Positions 1-12,789 of a stretch of DNA of 39,565 nt are shown here, in pieces. Each line of letters begins with the position of its first letter. The stretch's first letter is position 1. The position numbers and the translations under genes are program-made. The notes beneath the pieces were generated by a model. It worked only from the letters and a program-made list of their open reading frames with translations, was not told the DNA's origin and searched no databases. Source of the DNA: Paecilomyces variotii (taxonomy: Eukaryota); NCBI GenBank assembly GCA_004022145.1, contig RCNU01000035.1. The stretch is one strand, 5' to 3'.

Positions 1-2194
1 TTAGTTTATTTTAATTAAAAAAAATCTCTGTTCCTGTTTAATTACTTTCTGTAATTTTTTTTTATATAGTTATTTAATTCTGCTTTATCTTTTTTTATTT
101 TTTAAAGCTTATTTAATCCTATTATATTAATAGAGTAGTAATTTTTTATAATATCCCTAGCTTCTTTTTTAGAGCTTAAGTTATTTTTAGGCTATCCTAG
201 TATAATTGACTAGATATTATACTTAATTAAGCTAATATTCTTTTGCTTTTCTTTTAGTCTTTATTTAATAATCTCTTTTTATAATATATTCCCCTATATA
301 AGATAAATAACTTCTCTATTCTATCCTTTTAGCTTAAAGTAAAGTTTATAATTTTCTTTTTAATAGATAAGCTTCTAATTTAGAAGGCTTTTTAAATTTA
401 GGTAATAAGATTAAATATAATTAGGAGCCTAATAGAAGTTATATAAATTTAGAGGTATTCTAGATTTTCTAATTAGGTTAAATCCTAAAGGCGCCCTAGC
501 TTATATATTTATATTAGTATTAGGCATATTATTATTAGGCTTCTCTATATACTATATACTATATAATTTTAGTTTTTTAAACTCTTTTATTAATTAATTA
601 ATTTATAACTGCTCTATTAACTTTACTTTAGCGCTTTATTATTTAGTCCTATCTTTATTCTTATCTAGGTAAATTCTATTAGGTTTAATAAGAAATTATA
701 TATTATCTTCTTTAATTACCTTTTCCTTTATTAAAGTTATTATATCTTAATCTTTCTCTAGTTTATTACTATTAAGGTAGCAAAGAGTTTTAGTTATTCT
801 TACCCTATTTATTATCTCTTTATAAAAATTAGTATATTTAATAGTAGATAAAGTATAATAGTCTATATTTAACTTTTAAACTACTTACTGCTTAAGCTTT
901 TTTAAAAGTTTTTAAAGATATTAAACTTTCTGTAAGTATTAGCTTAACTTATCTAAAGTTATTAGCGCTTTTAATATAGCTTAATATTTTTAGTTATACT
1001 CTTTTAAATCTTTAGAATTATTATATTTTATATTTTTAAACCTTTTTAGCTATTAGATATTATATTTCCTTTAATATTTATTATAGTAAGTATATTTTTA
1101 TTTAGTTATTTCTGCTAGTTTTAGGTAGTTTTTTTTTTTATATTTAAGTTAAATATTTATCTATAATAATACTAACGGGCTATAATAATCTATAAATTAT
1201 TTAGTTTTTTTCTCTTCTAAGAGTTAATTTGCTTTATACAGCCTTTTAAAAAGCCTTAGGTAATAAGTAATATTATCCTCTTTAAAATATAATGCCCTAG
1301 AATTTCTAAGCATTAGTATTTATAGAGTTAATATAACCTAAATTAGCTATATTATTAATAGTCCTATATTTTTAAATACCTAAGCTGTCTATATCTTTAA
1401 ACCTAATAATATTAAAGAGCTAGAAGTCTTTTTATCTTAACTAATGCTAAAAAGATTAGTATTTTTCTTTATATTTTTTTAAAGGAATAGTAATAAAGAT
1501 AATAATAAGAAATTCTTCTACTTTTTAATAAATAGTTCTTATTTAATAATTTCTTATTTCTTCTAAATTTTTACTTCCCTTTTATATTTATTAAGCTCTT
1601 CTTTATATTTAGCAGTCCTTCCTTACTCTTATTATTAATATATATTTTTACCTTATATTATATTTACTATCTTTACTAATTTAAGAGATATATTTATCTT
1701 TTTTTATTTATAGTAATAATCTTCCTTAACTATTTTATTTATCTTTTTACTACTTCTTACCCCTTTTTTTAGCTTTAGTTTTAACCTCAGCTTTTAGTTC
1801 TTCTTTCTCCCTTATTTTTGCTTAATATTTTAATACCCCTTATATTTAACTCTAATTTATTATAGGAAGATATATTAAGATTTAGTATAAAGTCTTTAAG
1901 CAAGGAGGTATTAAGAAAGAAAAGAAGGGTATTTAGTTTTAGAGCTTAGAGTAGAGCTAAAGAAGAAGCTCTAGCTATAAACTAATATAATAAATTAATA
2001 ATAATTTAATGCTGAACTGATACTAAATAATAATAGAAAGGAAAAGCTAATTATTTTATTCTAAATAATTAAAAGGTATTATCTCCTTACTGTTCTTCCT
2101 TCTCTCCTGCTTTATTTATAGACTTTTTAAAGACTTTAAGTAAAAGTATATAACCCCTTAACTAATTACATTTTTTATAGTAATTCTCCCTACT
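1..2194 (-). mobile_element. Gypsy-like element B, 5' part (LTR + gag remnant), runs off the left edge; inserted in the integrase of element A
   Basis: The minus strand at 1313-1230 de-RIPs to MPGNPGALYFEGDNVTHYLRLFERLCEA, a motif I recognise from N-termini of fungal retrotransposon gag-like proteins. Sequence switches abruptly to + strand integrase at ~2195. Second LTR is not in the window. Confidence 0.65.
1861..2194 (-). repeat. Putative 5' LTR of element B (~334 bp)
   Basis: Non-coding-looking segment with short inverted ends (TATAGGAAG at 1861; CTCCCTAC at ~2186-2193) and a minus-strand TATAAATA at ~2113-2120. No partner LTR is available to confirm it, so the ends are approximate. Confidence 0.5.
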
Positions 2195-2933
2195 ATAATA
2201 CCTCTAGAAGAAACTTAATTAAAAGAATTTTAGCCTATTCTATATTATTAAGGTTATTAGCCTATATATTTATTAGCTTAACTTGCCTGCCTTAATATAT
2301 ATTTATCTTATATTTAATATTAGCTTATTTTACCTTATTATTAAAAACCTTATATTTAAATAGAGATAATCTTTATTACTACTTATTAAAGTTAATAGCC
2401 TTAAAGAATAAGTTATTAAAAATATCTTAGATTCTTAATAAGAATACTATAAATATAGAAGCCTTTAACTATAATATATTATTAAATAGTTAAGCTATAA
2501 TAACTTAATTAAAGAGCCTATATATTATTTATAATATACCTAGGAGATTATTATAAACTTCTATTGCTATTACTTAAATAAGCTAAAGCCTAGAGATAAT
2601 TTTAATAAAGCTTAACCTTAAGAAGGGGAGTATTATTATAGTGTTAATATAGGGGATAAGATAATTAATCTATTAGCTAATACTTATTTAATTTAGAAGA
2701 ATAAGGTCTATACTCTTCTAAATTATATAAGGAATTATATAATCTTATAAAGATATTTTTAATATATAGCTTAATCTAAATTTAAATTTCTTAAGCTATA
2801 TTTTATTTACTAAGCCTGCCTATAATAGCCTATTTTAGTCTAAATTAGCTAGATAGAGATTCTATAGCTAGTCTTAGTATTAACTACCTTATTCTATTTA
2901 TTCTAACCTGCTCCTCGAGCCTATACCTTAATA
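2195..2933 (+). mobile_element. Gypsy/chromovirus element A, 3' end (integrase C-terminus, chromodomain, PPT, 3' LTR); inserted in the 5' LTR of Copia-1
   Basis: 2196-2290 de-RIPs to QRPQKKLDWKNLGPF..IKVISPHAYQLNLP (GPF/GPY motif). ~2475-2520 reads YVVKWSGYDDPTEEP (chromodomain). PPT AAGAAGGGGAG at 2620-2630. Confidence 0.88.
2634..2933 (+). repeat. 3' LTR of element A (300 bp)
   Basis: Follows the PPT, has TATTA...TAATA ends (RIPed TGTTA...TAACA) and aligns with 38273-38527. Confidence 0.88.
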
Positions 2934-3108
2934 AGTTTAGAGAAAATCATTTCTTAAGCTTAATAAAAAATCTATTACCCTAACTAAGAATATAAAAATA
3001 TATTTTATATTTACTATATATGCTAATACTTCTTCTTCTTAAGTATTATTAGCCCTTTAAGCTATTAGATTAGTCTAGGAATTCTATCTAAACTTATTCT
3101 TTTTAACT
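2934..3108 (+). repeat. Copia-1 5' LTR, distal 175 bp only
   Basis: Matches the last ~175 bp of 7865-8137. The missing ~100 bp would lie left of element A, outside the window. Confidence 0.88.
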
Positions 3109-3120
3109 AATTATAAGCCC
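3109..3120 (+). promoter_or_regulatory. Primer-binding site for a half initiator tRNA-Met (Ty5/copia type)
   Basis: AATTATAAGCCC is RIPed GGTTATGAGCCC, complementary to the tRNA-iMet anticodon arm. The second copy reads AGTTATAAGCTT at 35709-35720. Confidence 0.8.
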
Positions 3121-3149
3121 GGGTTTATAATAACTTAGGAGAAATAGCT

Positions 3150-6100
3150 ATATAATAAAAACTATTCTATCTTAAATATTTAAGTTTAAACTAATAATAA
3201 TAAGCTATTCTTATATAAGAGAACCTGTAATAAGACTGCTTTAATACTATATTAAATACTAAACCTAATAAGAGTTAGATTCTATTAAAAGTTAAAAAAT
3301 TAATCTATTATTATTATATTTTTAATAAAAGATAAAAATAGTAAGAGAGATAAACTTATTTTTACCTTCTTAAGGGAGAATTATAAGATATAATTTTTAT
3401 ATATAAAAAAGTAGCTCTTTAATAAGAATTGCTAGAATACTATTAAATTATTTAAAGAAAAAAAGAAAAGCTAAGATAAAAAGATATTTAGAAAGACTAA
3501 TATAATTATATAATATTAAATTATTAAATACCTCTTAAACAGTAATTAAAAGAACTTTATAAATTTATTTAATATAGAGGATCTATAAAAGAGACTATAA
3601 ATAAAATATAAATAATCTCTCTCTACCTAGAAATATTAGCTTATTTAATAATATATATAATTTCAGATAACCTCTAGATAGATAATTTTAAATGCTTAAG
3701 GATAATTAGACTTAATAGAGAAAAAAATTAAAGCATATAATAAAGATATATCTTTTTTAATTAAACTTAAAGCTAGGATTTAATAATTACTCTTAGCCTT
3801 ATTTAAAGAATATATTACTATTAAAATAGCAATTAATATATAAATAAGCCTAAATATAAATAAAATCCTAAGTATTTTAAAAAAGGTAAAAGCTTAACTC
3901 TAGATAAAGCTAATTATTATATTCTTTATTAAAAATAAATAAACTCTAATTAAATATTATATCTGCAAGAAAGATTACTATATTAAAAACTGCTTATTTC
4001 TACCTATTACTTAGAAAAATATAAGAGATAGCTAAAAATAAAAAAAAGAGTTTCTTAAATAAATATTTAACAGTCTTATTATCTAAGATAAAAAAATAAT
4101 AAACTTAATTACTAAACTCTATAAGGAGGTTTAATTTTTAAAGAGTAAAAGATTAAAAAATAAAAAATATAGAGTATATAAAGCGGAAGAAATCTTAGAC
4201 TCTAAGAAGAGTTAATTTTAACTAAAATCTTTAACTTTAGTTATTTTTAATAACTAAGTCTTATATAAGATTGCTTATTTTTTAAAAGATATTACTAGTA
4301 AGAATCTATCTTAATAATATATAGATAATAGTACTAGTTTATATATAATTAATAAAAACTACTACTTTAAAAGACTATTAATTTAGATTTAATAAAGGTA
4401 TATCTATATAGGCAGAGGAATCTTATATTTAAAATATATAAAAATAGCTATTTTAAGAGATAAGAATAAAAAAGAGTTAGACCTAGAAAATATATTATTT
4501 ATATTAAACCTTAGGGTAAATCTCTTATTAACTAAGATATTTTACTAGCAGTTAAATATATATAAGTATTTTAATAAAAGAATAATATTATATTAAATAA
4601 ATTAGATAAGGTTATAATTTAAAGTACTATTAAATATAGAGTCTATATTATTAAAAAGATCTTCTTAGACTAAATATTAAAGTTATAATATATACTTATT
4701 ATACTATTACTTATTAAAGATACCTTTAATATTATAATTATAAACTAAGAGAAAAGACTTCTTTAAAATAAAATTATACTCTTATTTTATTAAAATAAAA
4801 TTAAGAAAGAGTATTAATTATAGTATAGGAAAATTAGCTATTTTAAACTTAAAAAGGTTAGAAACTTATATAACTTAACTATATTAAAAAAACCTATTAA
4901 AGTAGTAATAAACTATTAATATATAATATATGCTATAGCTAATATTAGAAATAAGAGGAGGATTACTAATATATAGAAGGCTAATATTCTTAAACTTATT
5001 TATATAAATATATATAATTAAATACTAGAGTTTAAAAATAGATATATCTATTTCTTAATAGTTATAGATAATTTTTTAAGGAAAATATAAGTATTTCTAA
5101 TAAAAGCTAAATCTAATACTGCCCCTATTTTAAATAAATAAAAAAGGGAGATTAAGATAGTAATAGGTCTCTAAATTCTTAGTATATAATTAAATAATAT
5201 ACTAGAACTTAAAAATCTTTTTAAGACTTAAAGAAAATAATTTAGTATTTATTATAAACTAATAGTTCTATATATATTAATATAGAACAGAGCTATAGAA
5301 TAAGTATATTAAATTATTAAAAAAGGAATAAGAGCTATATTTAAAGATTTAAACCTTCTAGTTAAATTATAGGTAAAGGCAGCTTAAACTAATATATATA
5401 TTAGAAATAGAGTATTAAATAGACTAATAATTAATAGGGTTTAAATATCTCTAAAAAAAGCCTTTACTAGAGTTAAGCTATTAATTAATTACTTAAAAAT
5501 ATAGAGATATTAAATAATATTATATATAAACCCAGAATCTCTACTATAAGGTATATAAAAAAATAAGTTAATAGATTAAGGCAGAATCTATATTTTTATA
5601 AAATATATTAAGAGAATAAATAAATAATAAAAAATTTAGGCTTTAGATATAAAAAAGATTATTAAGACTTATTAAGCTAAGTTTTTTAAAAATAAATTAA
5701 GAAAAAACCTAGATCTTAAAATTTCTTAAAGATTATTACTGAATATAGTATTAATAAAAAATTTAAGGGGTTAATTAATAACTTAACCTATTATTTTAAA
5801 TATATATATATCCTTAAGTAAAAAAAAATAATATTAAAAATCAGGAGAAGAGCTATAAAGAAATTTTAGTTTTTCTTTAAAAAAAAAAAGAAGTTTTTTA
5901 TTAAAAAGAAATTAAGATATTTTATTATAATAAAATTATAGAATAAAAAAAAATACTTAATTATCCTTATTTTAATAATCTAAATAATTATAAGAATTTA
6001 TAAATAAACCCCTTATCTCTACTAAGTAAATAAGTTATATCTTATATAGAGATTCCTTATATAGTAAAATATAAGAGGGAGAAAATTAAGTTACTAGATA

Positions 6101-7855
6101 ATAAATAAGATACTAAAAAATTATATTAAGCAATACTTATATTAAATCTCCTACCTCTAGGTATTAATATAAACTAAGAGAAGCATATAAAATAAATATT
6201 AAATATTATAATAGCAGTATATATAATAAAGGAGTATATTCTAATCTTAAACTTATATTATACTATAATTAATAACCCTACTTAAGATAAACTATAGTAA
6301 AGTGTATTTAAAGCTAAAATAAATATATTTTAAGTAAATAGAACTTTTAAAATAGTTATATTATTATTAAGAGCTAATATTATAATTAGCTATTAAATAT
6401 TAGCTATAAAGTATAACTTAAATAGTTTCCTTTAAAAGCTTAAAATATACCTTATTACCTAAGAATTTATTTAAAAATATAGTATTAATTTTAAATATAC
6501 CTTTACTTCTATTTTATAATATAATATACTATAAATATTCTTAGCTATTATTATAATAGAGAATTATAAATGCTATATTATAAATATTAATAATATCTTT
6601 ATAAAGTTAATATTAAAGAAGAAAATTTATATAATACTTTTATTAAGAATAAATATACTATTAAGAATAATATTAAAAGTTCTTTAATCTCTATATAATC
6701 TAAAATAAGCTATAAGAGATTAGAATTAAACCTATATAAAAATATTCTAAAAAATAGATTTTATATAGACTAATACTAATCTATGCTTATTATAGTATTT
6801 AAAGAAAAAAATCTTACTCCTAATATATATTAATAATATCTTAATTAGTATAAAATAAATAAAGAATATTTATTAATTTAAATAAGAGTTTAAATTAGTA
6901 TATAAGATAAAAGACCTAGGAGAAATAAAGAAAATCCTTAATATTTAAATTATCTAAAATAGGAAGGACTAAATATTAATAATAGATTAATCTTACTATA
7001 CTAAAGAACTCTTATTATAATATAGAATAAGCAAAAAAAAAGTATATCTAGTTAATATCCTATTAAACAGATATAACTCTTTAAAATTATTTAGCCCTTA
7101 AGATAGAAGAATAAACTAGAAAAAGTATTAAAAGATTATTAATAGTCTAATCTATTTAATAATTTTAATAAGACTAGATATTATATTTATAATAGGTAAA
7201 TTAAATTAATATCTATTAAATCTATTTAAAAAGTATTTTAAAATATTAAAGTCTCTTATAAAATATTTATAATTAACTATATATCTTAGTCTTAAGTTTA
7301 ATATAAACTGAGACTAGTAACTTATTAGGTATTTAGACTTAGATTATATAATAAATAAGACTAATTAGATATTAATCTTAGAGAATATTTTTATTTTAGC
7401 TAATAGTCTAGTAAGCTAATTAAATAAAAAGTAAAAATCTATTATAACTTTAACTATAAAGGCTAAATATATAGCTATATATTAAGCTATAAAGTAGTCC
7501 TAATAATTAGCCCTTTTTTTAAAAGATATAGAATATAGATATTATATTAGTCTAAATAAATTTAAGCTAATAATAAGGGAAGAGTAAGCTTTTATTATTA
7601 ATTCTTCAGTTAAGGTTTATAGAGATAACTAAGTATTATTATTACTAATTAGAGATACTTATATCTATAAGAGATTAAAGCATATTAATATTATATACTA
7701 CTATATATATAACCTATACTAAAAGAATAAGATTAATATTAAATTTATTAGAATATAGAATATAATAGTAAATAGTTTTACTAAACTATTATTAAAAATA
7801 AACTTCCTAAGATTCTTAAGTTAATTAAGATTAATTAACCTAGTAAGTCTAGACT
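3150..7855 (+). pseudogene. Copia gag-pol remnant
   Basis: De-RIPed motifs: Zn knuckle CYIC...H....C ~3954-3993; protease WCVDSGASSHMT ~4315-4350; LWHRKIGH ~4817; integrase YFLTVVDDFSRKTWV ~5049-5093; RT LLVYVDDI ~6817-6840; RNase H GYSDSDY ~7328, STMEAEY ~7451, KHIDIAYH ~7678, ADGFTKPL ~7768. Start is approximate. Confidence 0.9.
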
Positions 7856-7864
7856 AAGAAGAAG

Positions 7865-8137
7865 TATTATAAAATAGCAGTTAAAACTAGTAGATTCTAA
7901 TATAATTAAGATTTTACTTTAAAAAAATCTTTAGGAATAATTTTACTATAATAAAATTAAGCGGCTTAAAAAAAACTACTTCCTAAGTTTTATAAAAAAT
8001 CTATTACCCTAACTAAGAATATAAAGATATACTTTATGTCTATTATATATATCAATACTTCTTCTTCTTAAGTATTATTAGCCCTTTAAGCTATTAGATT
8101 AGTCTAGGAATTCTATCTAAACCTATTCTTTTTAACT
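7865..8137 (+). repeat. Copia-1 3' LTR (273 bp)
   Basis: Starts TATT (TGTT) after a purine tract and ends TTTAACT like the 5' copy. Confidence 0.85.
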
Positions 8138-10490
8138 TAAAGCTTTATATTAATTATTAAGCCTTAAATAATATTATTATAAAAAATAGATATTTTTTAT
8201 TTAAGGTAAATAAAATGCTTAACTAATTAGTTAGCTCTAAAATCTTTATTAAGCTTAATCTTAGAAATACTTATTATTAGATTAAAATCTATTATAAAAA
8301 TAAATAAAAAATAGCCTTTTAAACCTATTATAAGTATTTTAAATATTTAATTATATTATTTAGCTTATATAATATTCTTATTACTTTTTAAGCCTATATT
8401 AATTAAGTATTATAGGGGTTATTAAATATCTATTATATTATATATTTAGATAATATCTTAATTTTCTTTAACTCTATTAAGAAGTATAAGAGATATATAG
8501 TATAAGTCTTAAAAAGACTATAAAAATATAAATTATATATAAAGTTATTTAAATATAAATTCTATAAGAAAAAAGTTAAATTCTTTAATTTCTTTATAAA
8601 AAAAAATAAAATAGAGATAAATTTTAGTAAAATAAAAACTATTAAAAATTAGCTAAAGCTTAAATTTTCTTAAGATTTACTAGATTTTTTAGAAGATTTA
8701 TCTATAATTACTCTATAAAAACAGCTCCTTTAATTAGTCTATTAAAAGGAAGTATCTAGGGAAAAAAGACTAAAATATTTACTTAGATTAAAGAGGCTAT
8801 AAAGGTATTTAATAAACTAAAGTTAATATTTTTAACTCTATTAATATTAAGGTATTTTAATTTAAAGAAGCTAATATAACTTATAATTAATACTTTAAGA
8901 TTCGCCCTTACTATTATATTTTTTTAAGAAGATAATAATAAAATAAGTCTAAATATTAATTTAGAAATAGCTTTAAGAATTAAGACTAGGATAAATTATA
9001 ATATTATATTTAAGAACTAGTATTCTATAGTATATTATGCCTAGAAGTTTATTAAAATAGAGGTATATTATAAGGTCTATAATTAAAAACTCTTAGCTAT
9101 TATTAATATTTTTAAATATTAGTAATATTATTTAAAAAATAATAAATACCTTATATAAATATAAAGTAACTATATAAACCTGCGCTATTTTTTTACTATA
9201 AAGATATCAAATAATAAATAAGCTTAATAGGTAAAATTATTAGCAGTATATAACTTTTAAATTAAATATAAGCTAAAATAGTTTAATATTATAAATACTC
9301 TGTTTAAAAGGGTAGATTTTAAACTATTTAAAATTAAATTCTAGATAAGATTACTTCTAATCCTTTAAAAAAAGCTTTAATATAAAGCTTAGGATAAATA
9401 TATATAAAAAGATAATTTAAAGCATAAACCTATTAAAGCGGGCAGTATAAATAGTCTAAAATATTTAATATAAAAAATACTAATTATTAAGGTAATTAAA
9501 GAAGAGTTTATTTAAGATATTATAATTCTTAGCTTACTCTTTATATTAAAACAGCTTTAAATAAGAGATACTTTTATTTTAAAAAAAATTAGAAAATTAA
9601 AAGTATATACTCCTAGAAATAGCTTAAAGATAGTATAGAGAATAGATAATAAAGGACTATTATAAAAGAGTAATACTATATTTATACTAAATATACTTAC
9701 TATAAAGTAAGAGCTTTTTTAAATATATTATAATAACCTTTATATAAGATACTAAAGTATTAAAAAGACTAAAAAGCTGCTTTAAAGAAGATTTAACTAG
9801 CTTAAGATAATATAGAATATATAGGAATATATATTTATATATAATATTTACTAAAAAAATTAAACTTTATAGCATAAGCTATATAGAGAGCTAAAATCTC
9901 TATTAATCCTAGTATAGCTATAATAAAATATCTTAATAGATTTTATAATAAGACTGCTATTATTAGAGAAATAAGAAGTTATCTATAATTTAATATTAAT
10001 AATTATAGATTACTACTTAAAAATAGCGCTTTATATCTCTATTTATAAAATATTAAAGGCAGATAAAATAATTAACCTTATTATAAATTATATTTATAAC
10101 TGCTTTAAACCTTTATAATTAATTATATTAAATAAAGATATACTATTTATTAATAAATACTAGATAAAATTTTACTACTATATTTAAATTACTAGACTTT
10201 TAAATATTATATTTTACTCCTAGACTAATAGCTAGACTAAAAGATAAAATTAAATATTAGAATATTATCTTTAAGTCTACTTAAACTATAAATAAGATAA
10301 TTAAGTATTTTTATTAATTATAGCAGAGTTTATATATAATAACTTAATTTATATTTTTACTAGTATAATTTTCTTTTATATTATTTATAGATTTAACTCT
10401 AAGAATTAAAATAAATATAACTTTAAGAAGTAAATAAATATATTAATAGTTAATAATTAATTAAAAAAACTTATTAAAATATATACTTAA
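8138..10490 (+). pseudogene. Host Gypsy C, piece 1: RT (from LRLCVDY), RNase H, integrase core
   Basis: 8138-8290 de-RIPs to LRLCVDYRGLN..TIKNRYPLP.VDEMLD.L.GSKIFTKLDLRDAYHQIRI; YLDD at 8443-8454. Reverse-complement match to D at ~13356-15722. Confidence 0.93.
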
Positions 10491-10922
10491 TGTAAGAAAT
10501 AGGGGTTCTTAAAGATCGCTAATAAATTACTTCGCCAGCAATTATAATAAGAGGAGTAGCAGCTTCGCGTACCCAGCTCAAAGAAGGATCTATTAGCGAG
10601 ATAAAGGATTAACTATTGCAATAAAGGGTTTAACTAGTATAGAGAAGGGTCTATACTAGAGGGTTCTAGTAGTAAAGAGTCTATATAAGTAAGAAAATAG
10701 TAGAGTATATATTATATTAGAATAGATTGCTAGCTTCTAGTAAAATAATAATTTAAAGCCTATTTATATTCTAAATCTTAAGTACTTCCTAGCTTTATCT
10801 TATATAAATCCTAAAAGCGGGGAGAGCGGGGTTTAATTAATTACCTTAGTATTATATTTAGATTTGGGGCTTTACTATAATTCTGCGAGCTTATACTTTA
10901 ATAAGAAGCTAGGGGTATAACA
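10491..10922 (-). repeat. D 3' LTR (432 bp)
   Basis: TGTAA...TAACA termini are still intact; direct repeat of 17577-18008. Confidence 0.96.
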
Positions 10923-11188
10923 GTATCCTCCCCCTTTTTAAAGGCTTATCCTTGAGCTATTATAAAGTTATTATATTAAATATAAAGTATAGCTTTATAG
11001 AGGTTTATAATATAATAAATAAAGGAGCTTCTTACCGCCTTTATAGCAAAGGGTTAAGAAGTTATATAAGCTAGGAGTGTTATTTATATAATATTATAAG
11101 GTTAAAATTTTAACCCTTAGTAATTATCTTCCTATCTCTTACTATATATAGCTCCTAGTCCTAAATATATTTAAATAAAGATCTAGAT

Positions 11189-12589
11189 ATGTTTTTAAGG
11201 TTATAATAATACTAATAGTATAGCAGTTTATTAAACTTAAGAAATTAGTTATTTTTTTATTAGTTTTTAGAGCTTCCTACTTTAGGGGTAAGTTATCTTA
11301 ATTAACTATATTAATATAAGCTAATTTAATTTAGATAATGTCGCCCTAAATTTATTTTATATTTAAGCAATATAAAAAGACTCCTTAAGTAAGTGTTCTA
11401 GTATAAGATTTTATATATTATATACTGATTTCTATAGTATTAATAGCCTAAGGATATTATCTCCCCCTCTAGGGAGTTATTTCCTTCTCCTACTTTTAAG
11501 ATAGAGGATATAGCTATTATTATTATAATACAGCTAAATCTAGTTGCTATTATAATATTAGAAAATAATCCCCTAACTACTGCTAAGATATTAGGGATTT
11601 TAGCCGTTATTATAATGCTAGAGAGACTACTTCCTTAGATAAGTATTACCCCTTTTATGGCTATTAATAGGTTAATATCTTTATTTACCCTAGGTTCTGT
11701 AGAGGATCTATTAGCTAAGATAAATATTATGCTAGAATTAAGGCGTAGGAGATTTATACTTTTATTAGATTAGCCTTTTTTTATAATCTTAGCTATTATA
11801 TAGGCGGGTTTATCTAATTTAATAATAGCGCTAAAAAGCCTATTAAAGAGAAAGAGGACTTATTTTATTATTAGGCTAGCTGCTATAGCTAAGCTAAGGA
11901 TAACTCTTATTTATACTATAAAAAGGCCCTAGAGATAAAGCGCAAGGCGTGAGGAGGTTATTAATATAAGGATTTAAACTAAACTAGCTGTTATTAAGAT
12001 ATTAATTAAAACTACTATTATTGCTATTACTAATATAATAATAGAGAATAGCCCTATTATCTCTTAGCTAGGTAAGAAGTTTTCTCTAGTGCCTTAAAAG
12101 ATATGCCTTTATTATTTAAAGGGGCTAATTAAGAATTTAGCACTTTAATATATTTATGCTAATATTAATATTAAGTGCAATTATTGCAGTTGTAAGTATA
12201 AGCCCTATATTTTAGTCTTATTAGTTTATAAGGATAAGCTTACTTATCTATAGAGCCTTAGCTAAGAGGCCTATCTCTTAGGTAATTATAGGTCTTTTAA
12301 GAAGGCTTATAATAAGTATAAATTCTTTATAAAGGTATATTTATATAAAGCGCCTATTAAGATAAATATAGATAAGCTTATATCTACTGTTCTATTAACT
12401 CTATTTTTATATAAGTAGTTTATAATATAGCTTTAGCAGGAGTTGCTTAAATTATTTTATTTAATAGTATTAAATCTGTAATATATGTAAGAAATTATAT
12501 ATATTACTTATAATATTCCTCCTTTCTCTAATAAGAAGGAGAATAAATCTGTATTAATAGGGTTCTATAATAGTAAAGTAAATAAGTAG
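11189..12589 (+). pseudogene. Antisense accessory ORF of D with Zn2Cys6-like cluster (RIP-inactivated)
   Basis: One frame de-RIPs coherently: MAPKSPSKRKR at 11825, C-x2-C-x11-C-x8-C-x2-C-x6-C at 12104-12208 (three codons still TGC, three TAT from TGT), and an acidic tail ending in TAG at 12587-12589. In-frame ATGs survive at 11189, 11615, 11657 and 11729; the true start is uncertain. Confidence 0.68.
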
Positions 12590-12789
12590 GGGGGATTAAT
12601 TTTAGGCCTGTATTTTTAGTTTCTGCTAGAGATAGCCTAGTTAAAATAAATTTATTTCTAGATAGATTAGCTTTTTATATCTTTATTAAAACTCTTAAAC
12701 CTTTATAAATAGATAAATAGAAAAAGAGTAATATAAATTTAATAATAAAATAGTTAAATAAAACCTATAAATTTAATAAAAAAAAAGGG

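Larger units (their letters stand above)
2934..8137 (+). mobile_element. Ty1/Copia element Copia-1 (5' LTR interrupted by A; otherwise complete); inserted in the RT of element C
   Basis: Direct repeats 2934-3108 and ~7963-8137, internal domain order PR-IN-RT-RH, PBS at 3109 and purine tract at ~7856-7864. Confidence 0.93.
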
